Shown: piece after piece, positions 1 to 12,852 of the stretch
Layout of the letters: the number at the start of each line of letters is the position of its first letter
How positions within the stretch are numbered: position 1 is the stretch's first letter
Source of the DNA: Trichoplax adhaerens
Taxonomy: Eukaryota; Animalia; Placozoa
Assembly (NCBI RefSeq): GCF_000150275.1
Contig: NW_002060953.1
Coordinates: forward strand, 2,258,719 to 2,322,718
Direction: 5' to 3'
Length of the DNA stretch: 64,000 nt
Translations under genes and position numbers: made by a program
The notes under the pieces: generated by a model
Seen by the model: only the letters and a program-made list of their open reading frames with translations
Database searches by the model: none
What the model was told of the DNA's origin: nothing

Positions 1-1
1 T

Positions 2-1527
2 ATGAGCAAAGCTTACTCGAATCCTGCAAATAGCAATAACCTTCTAGATGATATTCCACGAGAAAATTGTAGTACCAATGGCAACAAAGGTTTCAATCAT
101 ATAGATAATAACAGTTCCGTAAAAGATCAAAACCTAGAAAATCGAGTTAATAATATCATGGATAGTAACTGCTTCAATCCTATAGATGGTAGCAATTCTT
201 TAAATGATCATTTACAGGAAATCGAAACTGATACCGAAAATAATAATGTCTTCAATCCTACAGATAGTAGTAATTCCTTAATTGACGATGTCCAAGAACC
301 TGCAGATGATAATACTGCAAATAATAACTGCATCAGTCCTACAAATAGTGGCTATTACTTAAACCGCAATTGCAACGAAAATATAAATAATACATCTATT
401 ATCTGCTCTAATTCTTTAAATAATCCTCGACTATGGAATAGTCGCCACATTGAGTTTATAAACCTACTTATGAAGGAACTTTATGATAAGATCCTAAAAT
501 ATAGTAAAGCCTCAAGAAAAGAAAAGAGCAACGAGATAGATAATAAAAAGTTATCGACCTACGGTAGAATTGTACAGTTTCTTCCAAGCATGGATGCCGA
601 TACTATAGCTAAGAAGTATGGAGAAGAACATCTGGCTAAAGAAGGTGTAAAGAAATCGTTCAGGTATTATTCACGTCGAAAAGCGTCTAAATTTATTGGC
701 GCAACGCCATTAATACCAAATCATCAGAGAGAAGATGGATTGGCCGTCTTCTTTGCCATTATTGCTGTCGATATTTGCCGTTGCTGGCAACAGCAAATAT
801 CTATTATAAGTGACAAAAACGCTTATTGTTCTATGACCGCTTTCGTACAGGATATTGTCCAATGTATAACAAGATACCTCCATAAGCGTTCGGGACGCTT
901 TGGCATAATTAGCCGACTCAGAGATGCGATTCGCCATGTCAAACGAGCAACCGCGAAATACAAGCAACTCTGAAGGCCAATCTTGATCATGACATAGATT
1001 GTTGCGAAGCACTTAAAGCAACACTAAAATATTTTATGGAAGGGCTATATTGCGATACTCCAAAAGGAAAGACTGTGCAATTTTGGGTACGTGGCCAAGT
1101 TGCAGCTATACGCCTTCCGTCTCAAGAAAATGATATAACAGTCAACACTGTCAATTTGTTACGTAGAGTTCATGTTAAGAGCAACAAAAATGGAAAATAC
1201 TATTTTCCATCTGGTAAGAATAATGTTTTTAAACGAATTGCACGTAGACGTTCAGCAAGAATAATAAATTACAAGCAAGATAAAATTACAAAGCAATGTG
1301 GATACAAGCTAGAGAGCTTAATATATCCTAACGAGTTACTAGCTAATCAAAGTTACACATCTGTGAATAAACCAGTCATTGAAGCTGAGAATAACGAAAC
1401 CTTATGTAGTGTTGATAGCTTTGTTAAATTGAAAAATATTGCCAAAGATTTTGTATTTAATATTATGGACAGAAATCTTCGAAAAGGGTACCGAACTCTA
1501 TCAAAATCATTACCTAAAAATTTGTGA
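2..1527 (+). CDS. Unknown protein (possibly 5'-partial), split into two overlapping frames (2..973 and 913..1527); probable frameshifted single gene or pseudogene
   Basis: ORF 2..973 (323 aa). The frame of ORF 1036..1527 stays open back to 913, so the two frames overlap by about 60 nt. A slip near GCGAAATA (953-960) gives ...KRATAK-IQATLKANLDHDIDCCEALKATLKYFMEGLYC. No family recognised. Confidence 0.5.
17..425 (+). repeat. Degenerate coding tandem repeat, 75-81 nt (25-27 aa) units, about 5 copies
   Basis: Units SNPANSNNLLDD (17), FNHIDNNSSVKD (92), FNPIDGSNSLND (173), FNPTDSSNSLIDD (251), ISPTNSGYYLN (332). Confidence 0.7.
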
Positions 1528-2463
1528 TAGTCTTCTTAACTCTGTCGGTAAATTAGCTCTACAGCTGCAGTACTCCGATTAGTTCTCTAGTAATTACCTC
1601 AGAGTACTATATAATGGAACACTTTCATTTTATATTTTTTTATTCCGATATAAACCCACTTTTTAAGCGACTATCGATATATTAAAACTACAATTAGGAA
1701 TTAATCACTACCGTATGAGCCTAATTTTAGGCTTATCTTCCCGATATTTACCTTAGCACGACTCTAAATACTGACAATCTCTTAGCGCCATCTACTGATT
1801 AGCCAACTGAATAAAAAACAACGAAATCACTAACTGAACGAAAAAAAAGAAGTGCTAACTGCTGTTATAGGATTACGTTATAATAAACGTAAGCTAGCTA
1901 TCTCATACTAAGAAGGGAATCATACATACATAGTCCGATAACCTAGCTCTGAATTTTGTTCCAGTGTAATGTGTTGCGTAATATACGAGTACGTTATCGT
2001 TCATTTGAACGGGTACCCAACTAGTTAAATTACAAAAAAGCACAATCTTGATATCTTGCTATTACTATTGACTCTTTTTTGCAATACTGTATATTTATAT
2101 GCAAATTATAATGATTTATTTTTAAACCTACTTTGGGTCTTTATCGTGAAATCTGTTAAATGAAATAATAGATATGTGATCTGTGTAATTTTTAATTTCG
2201 GTTATATTAGTATCATCGATTAGTTGCAATGTTATGACTTAAAATCTTAAATCGTCATAAAAATTTATTTCTCAGATACTAATAAATGTTTTTTCCTTTT
2301 TATTTCCTTGGCTACTTTGCGTTTCTTATAACGTTGTAAATTCTGAAGCTAGTGATGATTATAATTACCACAGAATGCACAAGAAGAAATTTGTTTATTT
2401 CAATTACTACATTAATTGCATGTAAAGTATGAAATATGCGTACGATATCACTTGTATAATAGA

Positions 2464-2513
2464 NNNNNNNNNNNNNNNNNNNNNNNNNNNNNNNNNNNNN
2501 NNNNNNNNNNNNN
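2464..2513. other. Assembly gap (50 N)
   Basis: Run of N. Confidence 0.99.
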
Positions 2514-3087
2514 TTACGATTCTGTATATTGCGATGGCACTGCGACACGAAACGTTGGCAACACATACTGCCCTTTGTATACGATTACACAGAGATATAT
2601 TCTACATAATGCAGTGATAATTATCGGGGCGCACGATAGAGTAAAACTTGTTTAGAACTAGTTGCTTATCTAATGACGATACGATACGTGTACTATTACA
2701 ATAAACTAGCATTAATGTCGCGCCGATACACTCAGTGTACATCTACAGTAGTCATATAAATAGTATTATAATCGAGTTTGTAGTCACTTTATTAAATCAT
2801 CGATTTTATATAATAATGTTTTACATCATCTCGCTAGGAAACTAGCTACTGTATTAAAGGACTAAAAGCAACGTCCTTCATAACTTATAGTACGTAACTA
2901 TTTTAATTTAATATACAAAATACCTAGAAAGTCATAGTATCTTTTAGTTTTACCCTGCCAATTCTTTATGTCGCCATCTTTTCTTCTTTATTAATTTACT
3001 AAGTATTATATAGATTACAATAGGAGTAAACTAAGAGCAATCACCTAATCTAAAGAAAGGACATTTCATAGTATACTGAGATTATAG

Positions 3088-3676
3088 TGTCACGGTACGC
3101 CGTTACTAATTAAGTAACTGTAAATTAATGAAAGCTTATGAATAGATAAGATAAGGTTATGTGCTATGTTTTAATGCGCTTGTAGCTGATAATAGGGTGG
3201 TAGAAATGAGATAAAAATAGAAGTTGTTAGCAGTTAATTTACTGTAGGTTTATAAGGTGTGTTAATCTCTAAAAATTGAGCTGTATATAGACGAAGGTTA
3301 AGTGTCTTAACACCTGATAGCTTGTAGCTATCTAAGTCTGAGAATATCGACATGTATATTTAGTAATGGTATTATACTAGTTAATGTAACTTGTAAAGCA
3401 TGAATTCTCACTCGTTAATATTGGAATTCACTGTAGAAACCTATTTAAGCGCGTGTGTTTGTAGAATAAAGTAAGTAATTGCTTAAGGAACGGCAAGACT
3501 CATATCGTGAAGAATAGTGTAATAATTAGCCAGTTGTCTGTGGAGATCAGCCGAGAAAGCGAGTTCTCAAATACTTCTCTCATAGAAACTGAAAGTACTG
3601 GGAGAAATAGCCCAAGTTTTAAAGTAACTACACTAGAGTTCTTTACTTTCCTTTGCCACAAGTGGGGGTTGTGACA
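3088..3676 (+). mobile_element. Solo LTR of an LTR retrotransposon (589 bp)
   Basis: Termini TGTCAC (3088-3093) and GTGACA (3671-3676) form a 6-bp inverted repeat with TG...CA ends. Flanked by an identical 5-bp duplication TATAG (3083-3087 and 3677-3681). Internal TATA-like TATTTAA (~3443) and AATAAA (~3465). No internal coding sequence. Confidence 0.8.
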
Positions 3677-3995
3677 TATAGATAAATTTAACTTAGTAAC
3701 AAAACCCTATCCATAGAGAAAGGGGATTTATAACGTGACAATAAAGTAATGTAATGTTGGCTATAATCGTACAGTTACCGTGCAACTTCTCGCTAAAACA
3801 TCAACCGATAATGCTAAAGTCAAAAAAGTAGTCATAGTTGTCATATAAAATGTTTTGATAAGCGATTACTGCGATCTTTATAAAATTCGGACTTTGGAGA
3901 TTCGGATTCCGGATCCGGTCGGATTTATGTTTGATATTATTTTAATTTTTTTTTTAATTTTTGGGATTTTAATTTTTGAAAAATGCTATAAGAGT

Positions 3996-4045
3996 NNNNN
4001 NNNNNNNNNNNNNNNNNNNNNNNNNNNNNNNNNNNNNNNNNNNNN
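3996..4045. other. Assembly gap (50 N)
   Basis: Run of N; truncates the minus-strand membrane-protein ORF. Confidence 0.99.
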
Positions 4046-4842
4046 TGACGAGATTTTTGCTCAGCTGCATATTCCACTCGGATGCGCTCAATTTCTTTTA
4101 GCTTTTCTTGCACTTCTGCTTTGCTAGCGTTTAGCTGCTTGTTTAATTGTTCATTTTGTTGCTTTAAATTGCTTAGCTTATGAGCAATGTCACGACGATT
4201 AGCTTCGACACTAAGTTTTGCGTAAATTTCTTTCTTTGCTTGTTGTCTAGCGCCTTCAATTAAACTTTCTGCTTTTTCACGTAATCGTTTCTCATGTGCA
4301 AGATCATTTTTAGACTTTTCTGCTTGCGTTCTAGTCTTAACAATTTGTCTTGTAATGGATGATATTTGCTTATTTAAGTTTTGTTCTTGTCCTTTCAATC
4401 TGTGAATCTTATTTAAAGCATCTTGAAGCTCAATTTCGGTCTCGGTTAGTGGTGAGGATGATTGTCCTTGTATACTTTGCCTTGTATGACCCGATCTCGT
4501 TAGAGTAGGTATAATCCTCATATTTAATTGTTGCCTTTTGTGGGCAATTATAACAACTACTACTCCATAAATCAAAATAAATCCGATAGGAATTAAAGGG
4601 ATAAGCCAAAGTGGAAAATTACCGAAAGATGAATTAGTCGTAGTCACAGTTAGCCCACTAATTGTCGTACTTGCGGTACTTTCTGTTGACTGCAAGAGCG
4701 ATCTTCTAAACAGATGCATCACAAATTATTTGAACTATTTCCCTTTTTCACATATTCAGAAATAACCAAAAGAGAAGAGTTGAAAGATATTGGCTAGCTC
4801 TATGTGAATTTCTGTCTACTAATTTGGCTCACCTAGACATAG
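4046..4842 (-). CDS. Single-pass membrane protein with S/T-rich ectodomain stub and long cytoplasmic coiled coil (3' end lost in gap)
   Basis: Main exon 4705..4046 (acceptor tttag): STESTASTTISGLTVTTTNSS, hydrophobic LWLIPLIPIGFILIYGVVVVIIA, then HKR and about 130 aa rich in E/K/Q/L heptads. A 10-nt exon 4842..4833 (ttttcag|CTATGTCTAG|gtgag) joins in frame to give MSRRSLLQ. Confidence 0.65.
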
Positions 4843-7047
4843 CTGAAAATAAAAGATATTATTAGAATCATCGATTATTATTACGATATGGTGGGGACAT
4901 CATATGTACGATTATTACTGTATTTCCAGTCATGATTCTCGATTGATTTCAGCCAGTACTAAAGTAGGCCTGTCTGAGGTTTGGTATTAGAAGTACAGAT
5001 ATTTTAAAAGTGTAAACTTTACATTGGCAACATAGAATAAGTCATCAACTGTAAGATTCTTTATCTGTCTTATCCGCAATGTGTAGGTCAATAATGATTC
5101 TACAATAATCCCTCCCGAATATCTGTTAAACTTCCAATTCGGATAACTTAGCTCCAACACTTTAAGTATTATTAATTATATCCAATCTGTAACATAATAT
5201 AATCCTTAAGATGTTAATTCATCGTAAAACTAACAAGTTTAGGTCTTTATGAAATTCTTACAATCAATGAACGAGCTATTTGATAAGTAGGAGAAAAATG
5301 GTTAAAGTTTATGAATCTTGCTAAAGTAACTGGTCAATTATCTATATATGATCGTAATATATTAGCATCGACTTTCAGATTTGAATTGGAAAATAACGTA
5401 TTTGATCGATTACTGCATGGCTATTCTGTGATTCAAAGATGTATTTATTGCATTTTTCATGCCACTAATGTAATATATAAATTACACAACCTTCATTCTA
5501 TCGAAAGAAAATGCTATGTTGTTTGAAGGGTACATACAATTTAGCATTATAAAGTACGATGATAATTGTTCTTTTTAGTATTTAAAAAGAGCTATATCAG
5601 GTCATTGAGTGAGTAGAGGATTCTAGAATTAGACCAAGAACCCTCTTTACTTATCAAAGAATATAATGTGCTAGATTATTTTCGTATTTAATATTATATT
5701 TCGTAAATTTATGCTTAGAAGCAAATTCTACTCCTGTATTAGAATTGTTAATTGTTATTTTTACAAATTATTTAACAAGCTAAATCGATTATAAAGAAGT
5801 AAATATTTATTACAGAAATAAATAGTAAATGAGATCGTATATTGTTAGATCTCAATCTGATCATCAGCGATCGAGTTAGAGGCATATGCTGAGCTTACTT
5901 TCGAGTATCTACACCTATTTTCATTTAAGCTATTATGATGAAATATAACAGCTATTCAGTACAGTTTATATAATAAAAAATTCGGCTGCTTTAGCAATTT
6001 CTCACTAGATAAATCACCTATAGTATACTACCTGAAAGCAATAATGATTAATTTGTATCTGATAGCTTTCGAATCAGTACTAACGGAATGGTTCATGATA
6101 ATTTCAAGTCATTTTTCTGTGATATATCTTTTGAGAGGTTAATTCGCAAAATCTCACGCAGGAGATTCGAAAATGAGGAAGTAAACATGTGATTTTAGCA
6201 TGTAATCAATTAGTTAAATCTTGAATTAATATCGAATTATTCTGCATTGCAGTTTCTTCAAAAGATTTAGTTCTAACAAGTTTTTTATATTTCCTTGCAA
6301 ACAATAAAAGGGAAATTCATTACACTAAACGATAAATTTTTAATGCAATAATCACCGGCAGCAAGTACGTAACGTGTAAAGTGTAATTTCTCTTCAAAAC
6401 GCGAAATAAGACACATGCAAACGTAAATAGACGAGAGTAAAGTTACCGGAGTTTTTTAAGTTGTCTATAATCGGTAAACCACAAATTAGAGTAGAAAGAA
6501 ATAACAATTCATTCTTTTAAAGCATGTAAAAAGGCAAATATATCTCTAGTAGCAATCCAATAGTCTTGGATTATCATAATCAAGCTAAACCATCTTAACA
6601 TGTTGCCCTTATAATTATCGTACTATGTTTCTTGTTTAGTTATGATTTAAGTGAGCCTATGGTTTTAATTGTATCCTTACCATCTTGTCCAGTGTCAGCA
6701 ATTTTAAGTTACGTAGAAGCTTCTTTTACCCAAGTTTATCCGAAATTGGAACGATAAGGAAGACTTTCATGATACTTAGAAACTACTAATTTCTAGTTTG
6801 AACTAATATCCAACAGCAGATTGCAATGTGCAAATATATTCTATTTTCTCTTACCGTCATCGCTTTATAGCTACAGTTAAAAGATTGAAGAATATAAAAA
6901 GGCGGTCCTAGTTGCCCTTGGCAACTCAATTAATTAAATACGGAGACAAAAGATCGCGATGATGGATAAATTTATGTGTATATAATTTCCAAAGGTAGGC
7001 TATTGACATTGTAAAATAATTCTTTTCCCTCTATTATAACACATGCG

Positions 7048-7139
7048 NNNNNNNNNNNNNNNNNNNNNNNNNNNNNNNNNNNNNNNNNNNNNNNNNNNNN
7101 NNNNNNNNNNNNNNNNNNNNNNNNNNNNNNNNNNNNNNN
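7048..7139. other. Assembly gap (92 N)
   Basis: Run of N. Confidence 0.99.
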
Positions 7140-9327
7140 AGAATCACTTATTACGGTACCGATAACTATCATAGATAACTAGGTATCTGCATATGTTATA
7201 TAACACATTATCTTAAAGAATAGTTCATCACAATTATTTAAGATTAACTCGACTAGAATTACGAAATAGCATCATTTTTCAGATCCTAATACGTTATCAT
7301 AATTTTTTATGGATCGAAATTAAAGAATTTACTAGAAAATGCAAGAGACAAATGATTTAGTTTATCAATTCAATCTTCATTTAATTGAATCCTATCTATA
7401 AATACAGTTAATATTTATTATTTACTGATACGTGTATTTCAAGAATGTTATAAAGTAATCAAGCTAAACGACCATTATAATCTTGGTTGTAAAAGATAAT
7501 GATTTCAGTTCTATTGGTCCAGTATTATTGCAATGATCTTGGATTTACCAATTATTGTAATAAAGAATGGAATTCAATAATAGCTACTCTTTTGGCTACT
7601 TTTCAATCACGATTGATTCAACATAATTAACTACAATATAATTAAAACATACAAAAATATATTTAAACATAACAATTGATGTCTAAATGAAACATATTGA
7701 CACATATTGCAAAAGAGCAAGACGAACGATTGAAGAGAATTTATAATTTACCTTGCTGATATACGTATATTGTATTTTAAAAAGTTTTATATGGACTTAC
7801 TTACAGACCTGAAATCATGTATTCCATTAAGTTAATACAATCCAAAATCTGTATATAGTAATGCCTGTAGCGGCTTTAAAATTTATTTGGAAATTTAAAT
7901 GCGATGTTGATCTGTTTTGGTGATAAAAAGATATCGATTTCTAAGAATGACACGCTTGGAATTGGTTCTAGTATGATCTAAATTTTTCCTTTTTAATTAC
8001 GATACCGAGTTTTCATATTTATTACCGTACTAAATACCGCAGTATTTCTTGTAAAATTTCAAGTTTAGCATTCTTAATTTGAAAATTGCTATCGTCAGAC
8101 AAGTCTTCTTCGAGATCTCTATTATTATAATAAATTAATTATAACGAATTAATTTTCAAACTAAAATTTATTTATGGCTTCCCCAATTCTAAACGTACGA
8201 GAAACTTTATTAATTTTACTAATTTCCATGAATGATTCAAGGCAGATACTCGCTATTTTACATCATGACAGTGATTGATTGTATAAACAAAAAGGAATTA
8301 CAGGTTTTGGCGTATGCTACATGAAGCAATATATATTTAGTTATTACTAAATGGGCTAATTTCTAATCAGGGATAATATTTTAGAACTGCAATGATATAA
8401 CTTAAGCCGTTGAGATACAATCCAAAATTAATTGACCTCCTACTTTGTTAAAGTTGTTCATATATCATTTCAAGTCGATCTTTCCTGAAATGAGTAGCTG
8501 TTTTTCTTCATGAAATTATACGGCAATGTTAAGTACTTTTATATAGTGATTTTAAAAATGTGCTATTGTAATTTTTTATAGAACTATTTTATGCGGTGAT
8601 TGCATAAAACTGTACATGGACGATATAACGAAAGTGTGTACAACTGTATGATGTTTGTTGATTTCGATTTTGACTATAACAATTCCCATAAGCTAGCTGG
8701 AACCTATTAAAGTACAAAATCGCATACGGAATTGTCTTAGTGTTTAATACTGAATTTGCTTCATCCAATGGTCTAGTAATATCTATCCGGCCATTCTTGA
8801 AATTTGACTGCGATATTTCCATTGTAGTCTTTGTCAGGAACTTAATTTGATACCATGAAGTTAGCATGAAAAATTTTCTGCAATCAGGTTTTTAAAGCAA
8901 TGTCAAAATAATTGGGTAGAAGGAATAAATTTTATTCGTGAAAATTAGATAAATTGAAAAATGTATCAGTAGTGTAAGCCGCTTTATATAAGAACTAGTA
9001 AAGCAATATATTATAAATCATGCTTTTATAGCTACTGAGTAAATTATACAACTTCATGTAATGATTACTACAGATGATTAAGTGGACGAGAGTATCAGGT
9101 TAGATATTAATATATCAAAGTATAGCTGATAGCATGATTACGTACTATTTGCTATCGTTATTGTTGAGACAGCACACAAGATTAAGATTTTTAAATTAAA
9201 CAGAGTTATAAAAAGATATTAAGGCATAAACCTGGGTTATTCAGTAGTTGATAAATAGTAATAAGTGTCGGTAGAAAATGAATCTGAAGTTAATAAAGGT
9301 TTTGAGGATATACTGCAACTACGTAAT

Positions 9328-9421
9328 CACCCATACTCTAATGAAAGTCACACAAAGGTAATGTAGAAATACAGCACCTAGATAGCCACCCATACTCTAC
9401 TGAAAGCAACGCAAAGGTAAT
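9328..9421. repeat. 35-bp imperfect direct repeat (period 59) just 3' of the VAT-1-like stop codon
   Basis: CACCCATACTCTAATGAAAGTCACACAAAGGTAAT (9328) versus CACCCATACTCTACTGAAAGCAACGCAAAGGTAAT (9387). Confidence 0.8.
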
Positions 9422-9516
9422 AAAATCAAACGTCAGAAAATAAAGAGCAAAACGCCAATTAAACGATCGCCCTTAGGAATGACATCAAGGTGAATTCTTC
9501 ACAAAAGAAAATAAAT

Positions 9517-11830
9517 TTAGACAGTAGTTGGTGATTTGCTCGGTTTCAGTACAACTTTACCAATATTTTTTCGTTCATATATGCGACGGAAAGCTTCAGC
9601 AAACTGGCGAAAAAACAACTTGTATCAATTTTACTGCAATAAATTACGGCTCTATTGATAGCTTTATAAATTCTTTTTTAAATGATTTTACATACTAATA
9701 GTGCGTTAAAAATGTGATCAATTTATTTTACTTTGCAAATTGTCTTACATTTTCAAAATCATGAACAGAATCGATCTTAGGCTTAATTATTCCTTCCTTA
9801 TACCATCGAAGAATGTCGTTCATAGCAACTGAAAGAGAGCCTTTATAGTGACCATCAAATACGGATTGAAGATTGACTCCCCCTATCATCTTACTATCGC
9901 ACATCAAGTCCATTGGATTTTTAGATGACGAGTTCCAAAACTGCATTAATGATTTTTAGAAACGTTTCAGAAATCAATTAAAATCTTAATTGATAAGATT
10001 TGAATGTTTAATACTGTACGGAAATCAATTACTGTATTTGAAGATGTTCCATTGAAATACATAATTTCTGTGATTTATTTCCTGCATGTAGGTTAACATT
10101 TCGACTTTGTTAAGTCGATGTACGTACCGTTTTAGCTAGATGGATTAAGCTACGTTTCTCACCGTTGATAGCAGTTGTGCAGCCTATGATATTAGATTGA
10201 AGATATTCAGAAACTTACATTTGGATATACCGTTACCTATTAGTCAGTATTAGAAGTCTATAGCACAGTTTATAGGTACTTTACATAAAGGCAATCGTGA
10301 ATTGATGTATGCATGATTCAGGTAATATTTGCTGGGTACGATAAACACTGAATACTTACCGTATAAAATCTGCCTGCCAAAAGGTCTTACCACTTCATAA
10401 TTTTTTTTATTATCACCGGCGCCCAAAGGATCCAAAACTAAATCAACCCCATCTGGTTCCATTCTAGATTTTTGAATAAATGATATAAAGAGGAATAGAA
10501 TATTCACTAAAAGGTCATAAACTAACTGATATCTATGAATTTATAAGTTATTTACAATTATATATTTGGTTTCTAATAAAGTTTATTTATTGACATAACA
10601 ACGCACTGTTTTATTTCTTTAACATAATCTTTGTTTCTGTAATCAATCAACTGTGAATATCCATTCTTGAGCGCAGATTCGTTCTATTTGATGGCAAGCA
10701 CAAATACAAATAGAATTGTTCAACTTTATAGTGACACATCAAAAACAATTGAGTAAACGGTTTTGCACGCTACTATACTATTATCATTTTAGCCGTACAT
10801 AAATCACATACCTTTTCTTCAGAGCATGTGCCATATAATGTTACCTTAGGGACAGTTTTGCATAACTGGCCAACAGCAGAACCCTAATTGCAATACCAAA
10901 CGTATTTAATGTAGGAAATTACAATTTCTTACGTAAAAATAAGAACTGGTTGCGCCTCTTATCAATGAATAAGCTAATTTACGAAACTTACAATACCACC
11001 GGCTGCTATGTGGCATAAAACGGTTTGCCCTGATTGCAAATTTCCAGATTTAAATAACGCCAAATAGGCCATCAAATAGCTAACTGGTATGGCGGCTGCA
11101 TCTTCAAAAGTCATTTTTTCAGGCATTAGCCATACAAAGTCTTTATCTGCAACAACGTATTCACTCCAACCACCCCGAGGACAGAGGGCAATAACCCTGG
11201 CTCCAACCTAAATATCACAGAAGGATATTTTATCTCTACACATTACGCTCTGCCATAGAAGGAAATCCAAAGAAAACTGAACTGCTAATGTAAGCTTGCA
11301 AATAAGAGTTATCTTAACAATTATGTATCAATGCCACAATATGAAAGACTGCTCATTTTCTGCTTATGAATAGTTAATGAATTCTATACTGCATGATGTA
11401 AACTAAATTGCCGCCAATGGGCGCATATCAAATCACTTACCACGCCATCGACCCCTTCACCAAACGAATCTACGTAACCAGAAACTTCATAGCCAAGAAC
11501 ACATGGAGGAGGAGGATTAGTACAGTAGAGACCTTGAATAGCCATCATGTCAGGAAAATTAACTCCACTGTGATAAAATGGTACCAAAACAGCAATGTTA
11601 GAAATTTGCCTCTTCGATAGTTACACTTGGACAATTAAATCTACTTTTCAATTCGATTACTTAGGAAGGCTAGCACTGTACAGTATACTAGCTTACCATG
11701 CTTCAACTTTAACGCGAATTTGACCTTCGCCAGGTTCTGGGATGGGATTTTCTTGAATTTGGTGTTTATTGATATTACCAAATTCGCGTAATACCAAGCA
11801 CCGGTTACTTGTTTTATGACCGTTTTGCAT
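9517..11830 (-). CDS. VAT1: Synaptic vesicle membrane protein VAT-1 homolog (MDR superfamily, NADPH quinone-oxidoreductase-like), 9 exons, 354 aa
   Basis: Exons 11830-11697, 11567-11441, 11207-10992, 10883-10812, 10683-10607, 10463-10360, 10183-10128, 9940-9749, 9603-9517. All introns GT-AG and phase-consistent (1065 nt). Motifs: IRVKVEACGVNFPD, PCVLGYEVSG, MTFEDAAAIPVSY, HIAAGGIGSAVGQLC (Rossmann), GVDLVLDPLG, IKPKIDS, RKNIGKVVL. Confidence 0.92.
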
Positions 11831-12852
11831 GTTTGAATCGATTTGCGACTATGAAAGTATAGATTATTTTTTAAATTAAGCCTGCATCAGTGAAACGCGA
11901 AGATTGGACTACAATCTACGGTAATTTACAGTAGCATCCAATTTCTCATTCCTTTCTTCTCTGCTTATGCAAAAATTAATAAATTACTACATTAGCAAGT
12001 AATTTAGTCACTCTAGGCTAGCTGTCATCATGACTGGTTGATCATTTGAACGATCAATTTTAAGCAGCAATCTGCCAACTGCCGTGATGACTTGTACCGT
12101 CATCCTACGATTATCTCTCAATTCCTATCTTAAGGATGCTTAATAAAAGCAAACCAAGGCATCCTGTTTCCAAATTACATTGCTTTCATTTCTAAGTCAC
12201 TGTACTTGCTCTATATTAACAACGACTTTATTTTCTATTTTAGGACAATCGACAATATACTGAATCAATTGCCATCACAACCTTTGCTACAGTATCATGG
12301 AAGTTAACATCATTGACCATCATAATTATTGAAGAGATAAATTGTTTATCTAACCTCCAATTCCAGGTCAGGCAAAAGTACAGTTAAAAGAATAATTGAT
12401 TCATTACACAATATTTATCCAGTTGAACAACAGAACAGTACGATGACGACATTTAATAGCTAAAGTAATTAAAAACCACATTTCAATTGGCGAAGCCATT
12501 GATTTGGTTTGATCAGGACAACTTCACTCATTTATATATTTATATGCAGTATGACAGTATTTTGATCATTTTTTATGTTATCAATCGACTACTGTTCTGT
12601 AGAGATAGCCCATCGGAGAGATAATTGAAAACAACATCATTCGCTTAGCTAGACTAATGAATTATTTCAATGTATTTTTAAAGCTCTCCTAGCCGCGAAT
12701 GAGATCAACAACATCAACATCAAAGGCAAGATGATGCAAACGACCAAAACGATGGCAGTATTTCCAATCATCGAGCAGGTTACGCAGTACAATCTATCAA
12801 CAAACTACTACTTTGGTAATCATGGAATCAAACCAATTCATATTCTACTCAC

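Noticed and set aside
710-1012. Antisense or shadow ORFs (710..1012, 11408..11620, 22047..22316, 25042..25523, 26405..26623, 36049..36255, 52988..53185, 60814..60996)
   Set aside because: They overlap better-supported coding exons on the other strand or frame and show no motifs.
2312-2655. ORFs spanning the first N gap (also 3855..4127 and 6972..7172)
   Set aside because: Open only because N runs hide stops; no recognisable motifs.
3880-3995. Odd doubled-base, T-run sequence next to the gap, giving the apparent C-terminus SYSIFQKLKSQKLKKKLK
   Set aside because: Looks like low-quality contig-end sequence; frame across the gap is unknown.
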